Below the pieces are notes generated by a model. It saw only the letters and a list, made by a program, of their open reading frames with translations, was not told the origin of the DNA and ran no database searches. Positions 19,067-29,217 of a stretch of 64,000 nucleotides of DNA are shown here, piece after piece. The stretch covers positions 141,856 through 205,855 of the forward strand of contig JANXDC010000011.1 in the NCBI GenBank assembly GCA_025059945.1. Direction: 5' to 3'. Source of the stretch: Bacteroidota bacterium (lineage in GTDB: Bacteria > Bacteroidota > Rhodothermia > JANXDC01). The position numbers were made by a program, and so were the translations under genes. Numbering within the stretch: position 1 is the first letter of the stretch; each line of letters begins with the position of its first letter.

Positions 19067-20556
19067 TGGCCGCCCCGTCGCCGATCCGGCAGCTGGCCTC
19101 CGACGCGGCCGTATACGGGCTCAGTACGCTTCTGGCCCGGTCCGTGAACTACTTGCTTGTGCCCTTCTACACGAACGTCTTTGAGCCCTCCGATTACGGG
19201 GTGATCAGCGTCGTCTACGCGGCCCTCGTATTTGGCAACATCCTCTTTACCTACGGCATGGAGTCTAGCTACTTGCGCCATGCCGCGGCCGCGGACGCCT
19301 GCCGAGCCCAGCTGGTCTTCAGCACGGCTTTCTGGAGTCTGCTCCTCAGCGCATTAGGCCTCTCGCTTGCGCTCGTTTCGCTGGCTGCTCCCGTGGCCCA
19401 GTTGTTGGGGTTGGGGATGAGGCATCGGGATCTGGTTTACTGGATGGCCCTTGTGCTGTTTCTGGACACCGTGGCCGTGGTGCCCATGGCTTCCCTGCGC
19501 CTTAAGCGGCGGGCCTGGCTGTATGCGGGGCTGCGAACCGGAAACGTGCTGCTCAATGTGCTGCTCAATCTGGGGCTCATTCTGGCCCTGGGCTGGGGGG
19601 TGGAGGCCGTGCTGGCAAGCAACGCGGCCGCCAGTCTAGCTCTGGCCGCGTTCTCCCTGATCTTAGAGCGCGGCCAGTTGCGGTGCGTCTTCGATCGGGG
19701 GCTTTGGCGGGCTATGTTGGGCTTCGGACTGCCCTTTGTGCCCACCGGATTGGGTTACGCGATTTCCGAAAGCGTCGATCGGCTGTTCCTTGTGCGCATG
19801 CCGCAGGAGGCCGCTGCCCGCCTGTACGGGGCCGATACCACCCCTGTGGAGGTGGCCGGCATATACGGGGCCTGCTACAAGCTGGGCGTTTTCATGCTGC
19901 TGTACGTGCAGATGTTTCGCCTAGCCTGGCAGCCGTTTTTTCTGGAGCGGGGCCGCGATCCCAAAGCGCCGACCCTTTTTGCGCGCATCTTTACGCTGTT
20001 CACCGCTCTGGGAGCCCTGCTGTTCTTGGCCGTTTCGTTTTTCGTTCGGGATCTGGTGCGGATCGGTCTGCCTATCGGCGGGCGCATGCGCTACGTAGTA
20101 GACCCCGCCTACTGGGAAGGGCTTTTCATTGTGCCCTTGATTCTGCTTGCGTATCTGGCCCAAGGATGGTACGTGTACGCGTCGGCGGGGGTGTTTCTGC
20201 GCAATCGCACGCGCGATCTTCCCTGGATCACCTTGGGCGGGGCCCTGCTTACGCTCGCGGGCAACGCCTGGGGGGTGCCCCGCTATGGAATGGCCGCCTC
20301 CGCCTGGACGACCCTGCTGAGCTACCTTGCCATGGCCGTCGCGCTGCTGGCCCGAGCTCAGCGCTACTATCCCATACCCTTCGCGTGGCGGGATCTCGGG
20401 GGCATCTGCTTGATTACGGCTTTAGCTTACGCGCTCTTTCTGTGGCTGGATCCGGCCTTGGGAGGGCGCATCCTGTTGCTTCTTTTCGCGATCGGCTCTT
20501 TTATTGCTTTCGGGTGGCTACCGGGCCGAAAGGGCTCAGGATGGGGCGCCAGTTGA
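19066..20556 (+). CDS. polysaccharide biosynthesis / oligosaccharide flippase family protein (Wzx/MOP superfamily)
   Basis: About 14 TM helices with a MATE/Wzx-like topology. The start ATG at 19066 overlaps the aroQ stop (TGATG). The track ORF has an unsupported N-terminal extension. Confidence 0.65.
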   Translation: MAAPSPIRQLASDAAVYGLSTLLARSVNYLLVPFYTNVFEPSDYGVISVVYAALVFGNILFTYGMESSYLRHAAAADACRAQLVFSTAFWSLLLSALGLSLALVSLAAPVAQLLGLGMRHRDLVYWMALVLFLDTVAVVPMASLRLKRRAWLYAGLRTGNVLLNVLLNLGLILALGWGVEAVLASNAAASLALAAFSLILERGQLRCVFDRGLWRAMLGFGLPFVPTGLGYAISESVDRLFLVRMPQEAAARLYGADTTPVEVAGIYGACYKLGVFMLLYVQMFRLAWQPFFLERGRDPKAPTLFARIFTLFTALGALLFLAVSFFVRDLVRIGLPIGGRMRYVVDPAYWEGLFIVPLILLAYLAQGWYVYASAGVFLRNRTRDLPWITLGGALLTLAGNAWGVPRYGMAASAWTTLLSYLAMAVALLARAQRYYPIPFAWRDLGGICLITALAYALFLWLDPALGGRILLLLFAIGSFIAFGWLPGRKGSGWGAS

Positions 20557-20852
20557 GCGTGCTTGCTCTGCTTAGCTGTTTCGCTTTGGCTTGTTCGGCG
20601 GGCCGAAACCTCTGGGTCGGTTCTCTAGAGGTGACGGGTCATGAGCCGTTTACGGAACTGGCCCTGGTTACCGATTCCGGAGAGCGGTATCTGCTTCGCG
20701 TATCGGAGGCCGACCGCGAGGCTCTGCAGGCCCGTCTGCCGGCGCGCGTACAAGTGCGAGGGCGCCTAGAGGAAGGCGAATGGTACGGACAGAAGCGAAG
20801 TTGGATCCGCGTTCATTCCTGGAAGGTCGTGGCCTCTAGCAGGGAGCCGTAG
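20541..20852 (+). CDS. small lipoprotein (103 aa), hypothetical
   Basis: Signal peptide with a Cys lipobox (LSCFALACSAG). It lies 4 nt upstream of the T9SS metalloprotease gene and inside the longer out-of-frame ORF 19683..20852. Confidence 0.45.
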   Translation: MGRQLSVLALLSCFALACSAGRNLWVGSLEVTGHEPFTELALVTDSGERYLLRVSEADREALQARLPARVQVRGRLEEGEWYGQKRSWIRVHSWKVVASSREP

Positions 20853-20855
20853 GGC

Positions 20856-23285
20856 ATGCGCTGGGTTGGACTTACCTTTCTGTTCGCGGGGATGCTTTCC
20901 AGTTGGGCTGAAGCTCAAGAAAGCACCCTCAGACTCCCTAGTGGCGACGCAGAGCCCCCGGTCATATGCGTAAGTCCTTGGCTGAACGAGCAAGCCGAAG
21001 CGCGCGCCGCCTTAGCCGAGTTTCGGACGCTTGCGCAGCAGCGCGATGAGCTGCTGCGCTCCTTAAGGCGCACAGCTGAGCTCGTCCGCTCCTCAGATCC
21101 AAGGCGCGCCGCACAGCTTGAGGCCGCCTGGGCTCAGGGCCTACCTCTGCCCGGTATGCAGAGCCTGCCCGTATCGGTGGGGCAGAACCGGACCTTCAAG
21201 GTCTACAACTTCCAGACGCGCATCTACGATAACGTCTCCTTTACCCTTCGAGGGCTGGGGGACCTAGCCGAGGTATGGGTGGCCGATGATCAGTGGGGGG
21301 AGGGCAAGATCAACGAAAGCGTCGTACAAGCTATCCTGCGCGCGCTGGAGCGCGAAACCCCCCCGGGCTCCTACGATCCCGGTCGCGGTATTTTGGCCAT
21401 CGAGCAAGAGGTCTTCGGACAGCCCCCCAACGTGGACGGATCCGGTAAGCTCAAGGTGCTCTTGCTCGACATCCAAGACGGCTGGTCGGAGGGCTCCAAC
21501 GCCGGCTATGTAGCCGGCTTCTTTAACGGCGTGGACCTTAGCCCCACCAATCCGAACAGCAACCGCGCCGATATACTGTACGTGGACACCTATCCGGGCA
21601 TTTTCCGGCAGAACCGACCGCCGGATCCCAATCGCCCCCTGAACACCGTCGCACACGAATACCAGCATCTTATTCACGCCCGTTATGGCCAGCTTAACAC
21701 GTTCCAAAACGAAGGGCAGTCGGAATGGGCCGAGATCCTGTGCGGTTTTTCGGGCCGGGCCATTTCGTATCTGAATCAGCCCGCCGAAGTGAACATATTC
21801 CTGTACAACTGGCGCTCCGGTGATCTGACGAACGTACTTCGGGACTACGAGCGCGCGGGGCTTTTCCATACCTACATCGCAGACCGGATCGGAGCGCTTT
21901 TGGCCGGGCAGATCACCCGCGGTCCGACGGGAAGGGCCGGTTATCAGGCCGCGCTCAACCAGGCTGGGCTGCTTTTTGAAGATCTGCTAGCGGAATTTCA
22001 TGTGGCCAACTGGGTCAATGACCCCTCCATAGAAGCCCGCTGGGGCTATCGCACTCCCCAGCGAAGAGGCCTAAGGGCTACGACGCCGGCCGTGGAGCAT
22101 CTGGGAAGCTCCGGGGTTTCCGCCTCCAGATCCGGGACGCTGCAATACGGGGGGGCTGAGTACGTGCGCTTCTTTGGCGTGAGCAACCTGCAACTCGCCC
22201 TCACCTTGGATGACGGCACGCGCGCTTTCGCTGTAACCCGCGCTCCGAGCGGCGCTGTGCGGGTGCATGCGCTCTCCAGCGGCCCGCACACGTTTACGGG
22301 CTCCTACGAGTCGGTCGTGCTGGTGGTGGCGAACGTCCGCCCCGTAGGACCTAGCGAAAACGCTCCCGGCCAGCGCACTTACCAGTATGCCGCCACCTGG
22401 CAGCCGCTTCAGGTGCGCGCCGAGGTGCTCTCCTACGCCGGCTCGGCCCAGTATTACACGGAGCTACCCGGTGATCCCCGAGATCCCAACAGGGCCGGCA
22501 TCCTGGCCTACGCCTACCGCTTTACCCCCACGCTTACGGGCTATGTGGAACAGCTCCGCTTTCCTCTCAACGGTCGAGATTCGAGCCTGATGGGCTCAGG
22601 CAGGCTGCGGCTGGTGCTTACGACCTCTCGCCTGGCGCAGGGTACGGGAGCTCTTGAGGCTTGGGTGCCCGATCGAGGGGTCGATTCCCTCGAGGTGCCC
22701 TTTTCGAGCTTGCAGCGGGGCGTAGAGAACGTCATCTCGCTTGCGGGCCGCCCCTGGAGCGTGCAGGCCGGGCAGCATTACCACGTCGTGCTGCGTCTGG
22801 CCGAGGCCTCTTCGAATGCGCGACTAGAGTTTCTTCTAGATGGCGGCTCCACCAACCAAAGCGACCCGCGCTACTGGCCCCCGCGCACGCGCCTGTACGT
22901 GGTGCCTCCCACGGTAGCCTCGCCCGGCTGGTATCGCTATACGAACAGCAACAACCTGCTTATGAGCGTCCGCATAGTGGAGCGCATCCCGACGGCAATA
23001 GCCGAAGAGGCGCCCACACCGGATCGGCTTCTGCTGGAGGCCGTCTATCCCCATCCCGTAAACGGCCGGGCTTGGGTGCGCTACCAGACGCCTCGCGCAG
23101 GTCCGGTGCGCCTGGAGCTATACGATGTGCTGGGCCGCCGGGTGCGGGTGTTGCTGGAGACCACCACGCCGGCCGGCGCGCATGAGGTCAGTTTCTCGGC
23201 CGCGGGTCTGAGCGCGGGGCTGTATTGGCTTTTGCTTTCCGACGGCCAATCCCGACAGACCCGACCTGTTGTGGTGCTTCCGTAA
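20856..23285 (+). CDS. secreted putative zinc metallopeptidase (HExxH) with a T9SS/Por C-terminal sorting domain
   Basis: Signal peptide, a VAHEYQHLIH zinc motif, and a C-terminal roughly 80-aa beta-sandwich tail (LELYDVLGRRVRVLL...GLYWLLLSDG) typical of T9SS cargo. Confidence 0.6.
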   Translation: MRWVGLTFLFAGMLSSWAEAQESTLRLPSGDAEPPVICVSPWLNEQAEARAALAEFRTLAQQRDELLRSLRRTAELVRSSDPRRAAQLEAAWAQGLPLPGMQSLPVSVGQNRTFKVYNFQTRIYDNVSFTLRGLGDLAEVWVADDQWGEGKINESVVQAILRALERETPPGSYDPGRGILAIEQEVFGQPPNVDGSGKLKVLLLDIQDGWSEGSNAGYVAGFFNGVDLSPTNPNSNRADILYVDTYPGIFRQNRPPDPNRPLNTVAHEYQHLIHARYGQLNTFQNEGQSEWAEILCGFSGRAISYLNQPAEVNIFLYNWRSGDLTNVLRDYERAGLFHTYIADRIGALLAGQITRGPTGRAGYQAALNQAGLLFEDLLAEFHVANWVNDPSIEARWGYRTPQRRGLRATTPAVEHLGSSGVSASRSGTLQYGGAEYVRFFGVSNLQLALTLDDGTRAFAVTRAPSGAVRVHALSSGPHTFTGSYESVVLVVANVRPVGPSENAPGQRTYQYAATWQPLQVRAEVLSYAGSAQYYTELPGDPRDPNRAGILAYAYRFTPTLTGYVEQLRFPLNGRDSSLMGSGRLRLVLTTSRLAQGTGALEAWVPDRGVDSLEVPFSSLQRGVENVISLAGRPWSVQAGQHYHVVLRLAEASSNARLEFLLDGGSTNQSDPRYWPPRTRLYVVPPTVASPGWYRYTNSNNLLMSVRIVERIPTAIAEEAPTPDRLLLEAVYPHPVNGRAWVRYQTPRAGPVRLELYDVLGRRVRVLLETTTPAGAHEVSFSAAGLSAGLYWLLLSDGQSRQTRPVVVLP

Positions 23286-23297
23286 AGCAGCCGGTCC

Positions 23298-24305
23298 ATG
23301 TTTCAGAAGTCGGCCATCTCCGTTTCCTTCATGATCGAGCACCTGCGAGAGCGCATCCAGGTGCCGATCGAGCCGCTGAACACGGTGGACGCCTCTCAGC
23401 GCTGGGTTAAGGAGGCCGATCTCCATCGGCCCGGACTGGCTCTGGCGGGTTTTGTGGAGGTCTTCACGTGGTGGCGGGTGCAGATCCTGGGTAACACGGA
23501 GGTGGAATACCTGAACTACCTGGATCCGGAGGCCCGGCGTCGGGCTTTTTGGAACGTGATCCAATTCGAAGTGCCCTGCCTTATCCTCACGCACGGCAAT
23601 CAGCTGGACTCTGAGCTCCTGAGCACGGCCACCGAGCGGGGCATCCCCGTGTACCGGACGCTTGTGCCCTCGACGCGTTTCATGTACCTGCTGCGGGATT
23701 TCCTGGATGATCAGTTCGCCCCGCAGCAGACCGTGCACGGGACCTTGGTGGACGTCTACGGGGTGGGGCTCCTGTTGACCGGCCCAAGCGGCATCGGCAA
23801 AAGCGAAGTGGCTCTGGATTTAGTTGAGCGCGGACATCGGCTTGTGGCCGACGATGTGGTCATCGTAACGCGCAAATCCGAAACGGTCCTCATAGGATCC
23901 GGTACGGACCTGGTCCAGCACTTCATGGAGATCCGCGGCTTAGGGGTGCTGGATATTCGGGCCATGTTCGGCATCCGGGCCATTCGATTTCAGAAGCGCA
24001 TCGAGGTGGTAGTGGAGCTGGAGCTCTTTAATCCAGAAGCCGATTACACGCGTACGGGTCTAGAAGGCCATAAAACTACGATCCTGGACGTGGAGCTGCC
24101 GTGCGTGAAGCTGCCCATCGTGCCGGGCAAGAACGTGACCGTGATCTGCGAGGTTATCGCGCTCAATTATCTGCTCAAGCATTACGGCTACAACGCGGCC
24201 GAAGAATTTCGGCGCCGGCTCGAGGACCGGATCGGCCAGCGTCTCCGGGAAAAGCGCGAGGGCATTGAGCGCTCCGTTCAGTACTTTGAGCACGATTTCG
24301 AGTAA
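23298..24305 (+). CDS. hprK: HPr kinase/phosphorylase
   Basis: Walker A GPSGIGKSE and the HprK signature (LVADDVVIV ... MEIRGLGVLDIRAMFG). Confidence 0.85.
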   Translation: MFQKSAISVSFMIEHLRERIQVPIEPLNTVDASQRWVKEADLHRPGLALAGFVEVFTWWRVQILGNTEVEYLNYLDPEARRRAFWNVIQFEVPCLILTHGNQLDSELLSTATERGIPVYRTLVPSTRFMYLLRDFLDDQFAPQQTVHGTLVDVYGVGLLLTGPSGIGKSEVALDLVERGHRLVADDVVIVTRKSETVLIGSGTDLVQHFMEIRGLGVLDIRAMFGIRAIRFQKRIEVVVELELFNPEADYTRTGLEGHKTTILDVELPCVKLPIVPGKNVTVICEVIALNYLLKHYGYNAAEEFRRRLEDRIGQRLREKREGIERSVQYFEHDFE

Positions 24306-24306
24306 C

Positions 24307-24927
24307 CTATCCGCGCTCCAGCCGAAATCGGCGCCGATGCCAAGGGCTGGGCCCGTGGCGGGCCAGCGCCGCGTAATGTTCAGCTGTGGGATAGCCCTTG
24401 TTGCGCCTCCATCCGTACTGAGGGTGTTGCCGATCTAGCTCGCACATGATCCGATCTCGCGTCACCTTGGCCACGATGGATGCGGCCATGATCGAGGGGC
24501 ATAAGGCGTCCCCTCGGATGACGGTCTGATACGGGATCCAAAAGGACCGGAACACGGGCCCATCTACGAGCACCAGCTCCGGTTCCAAGCCCAGGGCCGC
24601 GATGGCCCGCTCCATAGCCCGCAGGCTGGCTCGCAGTATGTTGAGCCGATCGATCTCCGCCGGCTCCGCGATCCCCACGCCGATCGCGAGCGCGACCTGT
24701 TGGATCTGCGCGAAGAGCCGCTCGCGTTCTTCGGGCCGGCAAGCCTTAGAATCCTTAAGCCCCGAGATGGCCGGAGGGTCGGGCAACACCACGGCCGCGG
24801 CTACGACGGGACCCGCAAGACAACCCCGGCCGGCCTCATCTACCCCGGCTATGCGACGCAGTCCGCGGAGGCGCCAGTGCGTCTCCGGATCTAGCTGGGT
24901 GGATGCTTCCATGGGGTGGTGACCCAA
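24307..24927 (-). CDS. rnhB: ribonuclease HII
   Basis: AGVDEAGRGCLAGPVV catalytic motif. 206 aa. Confidence 0.9.
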   Translation of the reverse strand: MGHHPMEASTQLDPETHWRLRGLRRIAGVDEAGRGCLAGPVVAAAVVLPDPPAISGLKDSKACRPEERERLFAQIQQVALAIGVGIAEPAEIDRLNILRASLRAMERAIAALGLEPELVLVDGPVFRSFWIPYQTVIRGDALCPSIMAASIVAKVTRDRIMCELDRQHPQYGWRRNKGYPTAEHYAALARHGPSPWHRRRFRLERG

Positions 24928-25008
24928 GATACCCCAGCCGGAGGGCTATGGGCCAGTCCATCGGATCCGTTGACAGGGCCCCCCTCGAAGTCCATATTTT
25001 GCGCCACC

Positions 25009-25893
25009 ATGGCGATCGGATACTTGCTGCGCGAAAGCATATCGGGGTTTCGGCGCGCGCGCCTGGCCGTCTGGGCCACGCTCATGACCATGAGCATGGC
25101 CCTGTTGCTGGTAGGGCTTTTTGCGCTCCTGGCCCACGACGTGCGCGCGCTCGTCGAGGGCCTCAAAGAGAAGGTTGAGTTAGAGGTCTTTTTGCGCGAT
25201 CCGCCTGCCAAGCCCATAGACGTATGGGCGCGCGAGCTGCGTCAAAACCCCGCTGTTGAGGCGCTGGTCTACGTATCCAAGGACAGCGCAGCGGCCATCT
25301 TTCGCCGCGAATTTGGCAGCGAGGCCGAGCTGTTTATCGCCTACGATTTCCTGCCGGCTTCCTTTCGGCTTCGGCTTCGGCCCGCCTGGGCCAATCCCGA
25401 CTCGGCTGCGGCCTTAGCCCGACGCCTGAGCGCCATGGAGGGGGTAGACGAGGTGGTCTATAACCAGGCCCTCTTGGCGCGCCTAGAGGAGAACGTGCGC
25501 CTTCTGGGCTGGATCGGGGCCGGCGTGGGTGCCTTGGTGCTGCTGGCCGCCATCGCGCTCATGGTCAACACGATCCGCCTGAAGGTCTACGCTAAACGGC
25601 TCATCATCCGCACGATGAAGCTTGTGGGCGCAACGGAGTGGTTTATCCGGATCCCCTTTGTGCTAGAGGGCTTCATGCTGGGGGCCATGGCCGGCCTGTT
25701 GGCCGGGGGGGTTCTGTTCGCGCTGCGGGAGATGCTGCTTGTCTCCTATCTGCCCGCTCTTCGGCTCTTGCCCTGGCCGGGCGGGCATCCGGCTGTCTTG
25801 TGGGGCGCGCTAGCCCTTTTCGGAGGGTTGGTGGGCATGAGCAGCGCCTCGCTTACAGCGAAACGCTTTATTCGTCGCACCCCTCTTTCGTAG
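25009..25893 (+). CDS. ftsX: cell division protein FtsX-like permease
   Basis: FtsX N-terminal motif (LRESISGFRRARLAVWATL), a periplasmic domain and C-terminal TM helices. Start at the ATG at 25009. Confidence 0.75.
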   Translation: MAIGYLLRESISGFRRARLAVWATLMTMSMALLLVGLFALLAHDVRALVEGLKEKVELEVFLRDPPAKPIDVWARELRQNPAVEALVYVSKDSAAAIFRREFGSEAELFIAYDFLPASFRLRLRPAWANPDSAAALARRLSAMEGVDEVVYNQALLARLEENVRLLGWIGAGVGALVLLAAIALMVNTIRLKVYAKRLIIRTMKLVGATEWFIRIPFVLEGFMLGAMAGLLAGGVLFALREMLLVSYLPALRLLPWPGGHPAVLWGALALFGGLVGMSSASLTAKRFIRRTPLS

Positions 25894-25896
25894 TCC

Positions 25897-27693
25897 ATGC
25901 GCCTCGGCATCGTGCTGCTTGCTTGCGTAGCACTCGGTTACGGGCAGATCGAGGCCAGCCCGAAATACGAGCGCCGGGCTGCCTGGATCGCCACCATGCT
26001 CAACTTAGATTGGCCTCGCAGCCTGGATCCAGCCCTGCAGCAGGCGCAACTGCGCCAGATTCTGGACCGCCTTCGCTTGGTGGGCATCAACACGGTCTTT
26101 TTTCAGGTGCGCGCGGAGGCCGACGCCTTCTATGCCTCTCGCTATGAGCCGTGGTCCTATTACCTAAGCGGACAACAAGGGCGCGCCCCTGAGCCGTACT
26201 ACGACCCGCTGGCCTTTGCCATAGCCGAGGCGCATCGCCGCGGCATGCAACTGCACGCCTGGGTCAACCCGTTTCGGGCCGAGCGCGCGATCAATAGCTA
26301 TCCCCTCGATGGGCACCACATCGCGCGGCGACGTCCTGACTGGACGCTGGCGATTCGAGGCACCCGCTGGCTGGATCCGGGCCTGCCGGAGGTGCGCACC
26401 TATGTGGTGCGCGTCATCACAGACATCGCGCGCCGCTACGACATCGACGGGGTGCACCTGGATGACTACTTCTACCCCTACCCGCCGCACGTCATCACCA
26501 CGGAAGATGATCGGAGCTTCGCCCTGCACGCCCGAGGGCACACCGATCGGGCCGCCTGGAGGCGGGAGAACATCGCGCTATTTTTGGCCGAGCTGCGCGA
26601 TAGCCTGCGCTCCGTTAAGCCCTGGCTGCCCTTAGGGATAAGCCCTTTCGGGATCTGGAAAAGCGGCGTGCCCGAGGGGATTGTGGGCTTAGACGCCTAT
26701 CATGTGCTCTACGCCGATCCCCTCGACTGGCTCAAGCGCGGGCTCGTGGACTACCTGATTCCGCAGCTCTACTGGCCCGTCGGGGGGCCGCAGGACTTTG
26801 CGCGGCTAGCCCAGTGGTGGGCAGAGGTGAGCCGGCCCTATGGACGCCACCTCTACATCGGCCACGGCCTCTATCGGGGCGATCCGAACACCCACAACGG
26901 CCCGCTCCTGGAGCCCGAGGAGTTTCTGCGCCAGGTGACGCTGGTTCGGCTTCTTGCCGGGGCGCAGGGCAGCGCCTGGTTTCGGGCAAGCAACTTGGTC
27001 CATTACTCCCGTCAAGGCGCGGCCGAAGCGCTGCGCAGGGGGCCGTATCGGCTGCCCGCTTTAGCCCCCCCGATGCCCTGGCGCGATAGCCTCCCTCCTG
27101 AGGCCCCGCGCGCCTTGCATCTGGCATTCCCCTCAGGTCCAGGCGTTGTCCTAAATTGGGAAGAGCCCGCTTGTGCCCCCGATGGAGAAAAGGCCCGCTC
27201 GTACGCGGTCTATCGCTTTCGAGCTCGCGCCCCCGCCTCGGAAACCGATCTGCGCCCCGAAGCCCTCTTGGGCGTAACGGGGCAGCTGATGTGGCAAGAC
27301 CTTCCTCCGCCGGCGGAGGAGCCCTACTATTACGTCGTCACGGCCCTAGATCGCGTCGGCCACGAAAGCCGGATGAGCCCCCCCGTGCCCGTCTGGATGC
27401 CCATACCCCTTGCCGCGGAGAGCCTGCTTCGGCCTTCTTCGGCCCCTGCGCCTCGGGTGCCGGGCCGCGTTTCGGTCGCGCTCAGCCGACCGCAGCAGGT
27501 GCGCGCGACGATTTACGATCCTCTGGGCCGACCCGTGCGGGTGCTCATCGAGGGAACCTGGTCGGCCGGAAGCCACGAGTGGCTCTGGGATGGCCGAGAC
27601 GGGCGGGGCCAGCCTGTGCCTAATGGAACCTACGTCTGCATTCTACAGACCGGGGCCCGGCGATGGGCTCGCTTGATGGGGCTTTTCTGGTGA
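25897..27693 (+). CDS. glycoside hydrolase-like family 10 (GHL10/DUF187, YngK-like) secreted protein with a T9SS C-terminal sorting domain
   Basis: Signal peptide. The GHL10 TIM-barrel region (AAWIATMLNLDWP ... GINTVFFQVRAEADAFYAS ... HAWVNPFRA). C-terminal tail VRATIYDPLGRPVRVL...GTYVCIL. Confidence 0.6.
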   Translation: MRLGIVLLACVALGYGQIEASPKYERRAAWIATMLNLDWPRSLDPALQQAQLRQILDRLRLVGINTVFFQVRAEADAFYASRYEPWSYYLSGQQGRAPEPYYDPLAFAIAEAHRRGMQLHAWVNPFRAERAINSYPLDGHHIARRRPDWTLAIRGTRWLDPGLPEVRTYVVRVITDIARRYDIDGVHLDDYFYPYPPHVITTEDDRSFALHARGHTDRAAWRRENIALFLAELRDSLRSVKPWLPLGISPFGIWKSGVPEGIVGLDAYHVLYADPLDWLKRGLVDYLIPQLYWPVGGPQDFARLAQWWAEVSRPYGRHLYIGHGLYRGDPNTHNGPLLEPEEFLRQVTLVRLLAGAQGSAWFRASNLVHYSRQGAAEALRRGPYRLPALAPPMPWRDSLPPEAPRALHLAFPSGPGVVLNWEEPACAPDGEKARSYAVYRFRARAPASETDLRPEALLGVTGQLMWQDLPPPAEEPYYYVVTALDRVGHESRMSPPVPVWMPIPLAAESLLRPSSAPAPRVPGRVSVALSRPQQVRATIYDPLGRPVRVLIEGTWSAGSHEWLWDGRDGRGQPVPNGTYVCILQTGARRWARLMGLFW

Positions 27694-27744
27694 GCGCACC
27701 TCACCAGCCGGTGCCGTGCTTACCTGCTTTAAGCAAAGCGTAGA

Positions 27745-28659
27745 GTGATCATGGAAGGCAGTTGGTTGGGACCCACAAGCGCTTTTCTTTCCTCCGTGAC
27801 CTGGGCTCTGGGAACAGCCGCCTACGGGCGCCTTATCCGACGTTACTCCGGATACGCCATCAACACAAGCCGGGCCCTTGTGGCGCTTCCGCTTTTCGCC
27901 CTCACGGTCCTCGCAGCAGGCGTTTGGACGGACTGGGGCAAGCTCGACGGGGGCCGTCTGGGATGGCTTGTTGTGAGCATGATCGCCTCCTACGGCCTAG
28001 GAGATGTGTTCTTCTTCTGGAGCACGCGCACGCTGGGGGTGCCAGGGGCCCTGGCGATCGCCTCCACGTATCCGATTTGGACGGCCCTGGGAGGATGGGC
28101 GCTCGGAGAGGCGCCGTTAAGCGGGCTTCAGTGGGCCGGACTGCTCCTCGTGGTCGGAGGTATGGGGCTTGTGATCCTCTATGGCCCCCAAGAGGTCTTC
28201 GAATCCGGTGGTCCGATCCCGCGCTTTGCCGGGCGCCGATCGGTCGGCCTGGGGCTGGCCTTCGCCGCCTCTCTGCTGTGGGCGCTCAACAACGTGGCTA
28301 TCGACCAAGGCGGCACGGGCCTGTCGACGCCCGCTGTAAACACCGTGCGCATGCTCCTGGCGCTGGGGATTTGCCCCCTTATGGCGGCCTGGCTTATGCC
28401 CGGCACCCCCCGGGCGCTGCCCTTTACGGTTCTGCGTCGGTATTTTTGGGTGATGGCGCTTGAGGCCTACGGAGGGGCCACGTTTTTCGTCTACGGGCTG
28501 GTGCACGCACCCTTGGCCGTGGCCGCCACACTTTCCTCTCTGAGCCCTGTGCTCGCCGTGCCTATCGCCTGGATTATGGGCCTTGAGCGGCCCTCTTGGG
28601 GCCGAACGTTCGGGGTCGCGGCCGTAGCCGCGGGCCTAGGACTGCTGCTGAGCGCCTGA
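27745..28659 (+). CDS. DMT superfamily (EamA-like) permease
   Basis: 10-TM protein with two EamA-like repeats. Confidence 0.7.
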   Translation: MIMEGSWLGPTSAFLSSVTWALGTAAYGRLIRRYSGYAINTSRALVALPLFALTVLAAGVWTDWGKLDGGRLGWLVVSMIASYGLGDVFFFWSTRTLGVPGALAIASTYPIWTALGGWALGEAPLSGLQWAGLLLVVGGMGLVILYGPQEVFESGGPIPRFAGRRSVGLGLAFAASLLWALNNVAIDQGGTGLSTPAVNTVRMLLALGICPLMAAWLMPGTPRALPFTVLRRYFWVMALEAYGGATFFVYGLVHAPLAVAATLSSLSPVLAVPIAWIMGLERPSWGRTFGVAAVAAGLGLLLSA

Positions 28660-29160
28660 TCGGGCCTCCCAGAGCTTGCGCAGCACGATGAGCTGTCCGG
28701 CGTGATGTTGGGCGTGCTCGACGAGGTGATGCAAAACAAACACGGCCTGCACGGCGATGCGCCGGCGGCCGACGTGCACAAGGCGTGCTAGATCGGCCTC
28801 CGCAAGACCCTGGTAAGCCGCGCGCAACTCCGCCCAGGCCTGCTCAAACTCGGCCCGAACCTCGGCGGAGCGCTGGCCGAGGGGCTCGAACTCCTCAGCC
28901 CCCACGGGCAATCCCTCAAGATCGGCCGGAAGGGGCCGGTCCAGCCCGTAGGCCAAAAGCCGACGCGAAGCGCGTGCGATATGCCGCAAGATGCCGCCGA
29001 TCGGGTTTAACCCCGGCGCGGGCCTCCACCAAAAGCCCTCCTCTTCCAAATCCGCCGTCCAGCGCCGCACCGTCTCCTCGACCTCCTCTAGCCCCCGCAG
29101 CCAAGCCGACACCACGGGGGGCAAACCTGGTACGGGACCCCGTAAGAAGGGAGGGAGCAT
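28636..29160 (-). CDS. DinB/YfiT-like metal-dependent hydrolase family protein
   Basis: Four-helix-bundle DinB_2 pattern with HHLVEHAQHHAGQL histidine motifs. Confidence 0.65.
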   Translation of the reverse strand: MLPPFLRGPVPGLPPVVSAWLRGLEEVEETVRRWTADLEEEGFWWRPAPGLNPIGGILRHIARASRRLLAYGLDRPLPADLEGLPVGAEEFEPLGQRSAEVRAEFEQAWAELRAAYQGLAEADLARLVHVGRRRIAVQAVFVLHHLVEHAQHHAGQLIVLRKLWEARSGAQQQS

Positions 29161-29217
29161 AACGCCTCCGCGCTTGTGATCCCCATTATTATGAGCCGCT
29201 TGCGGACGATCGCAAGT

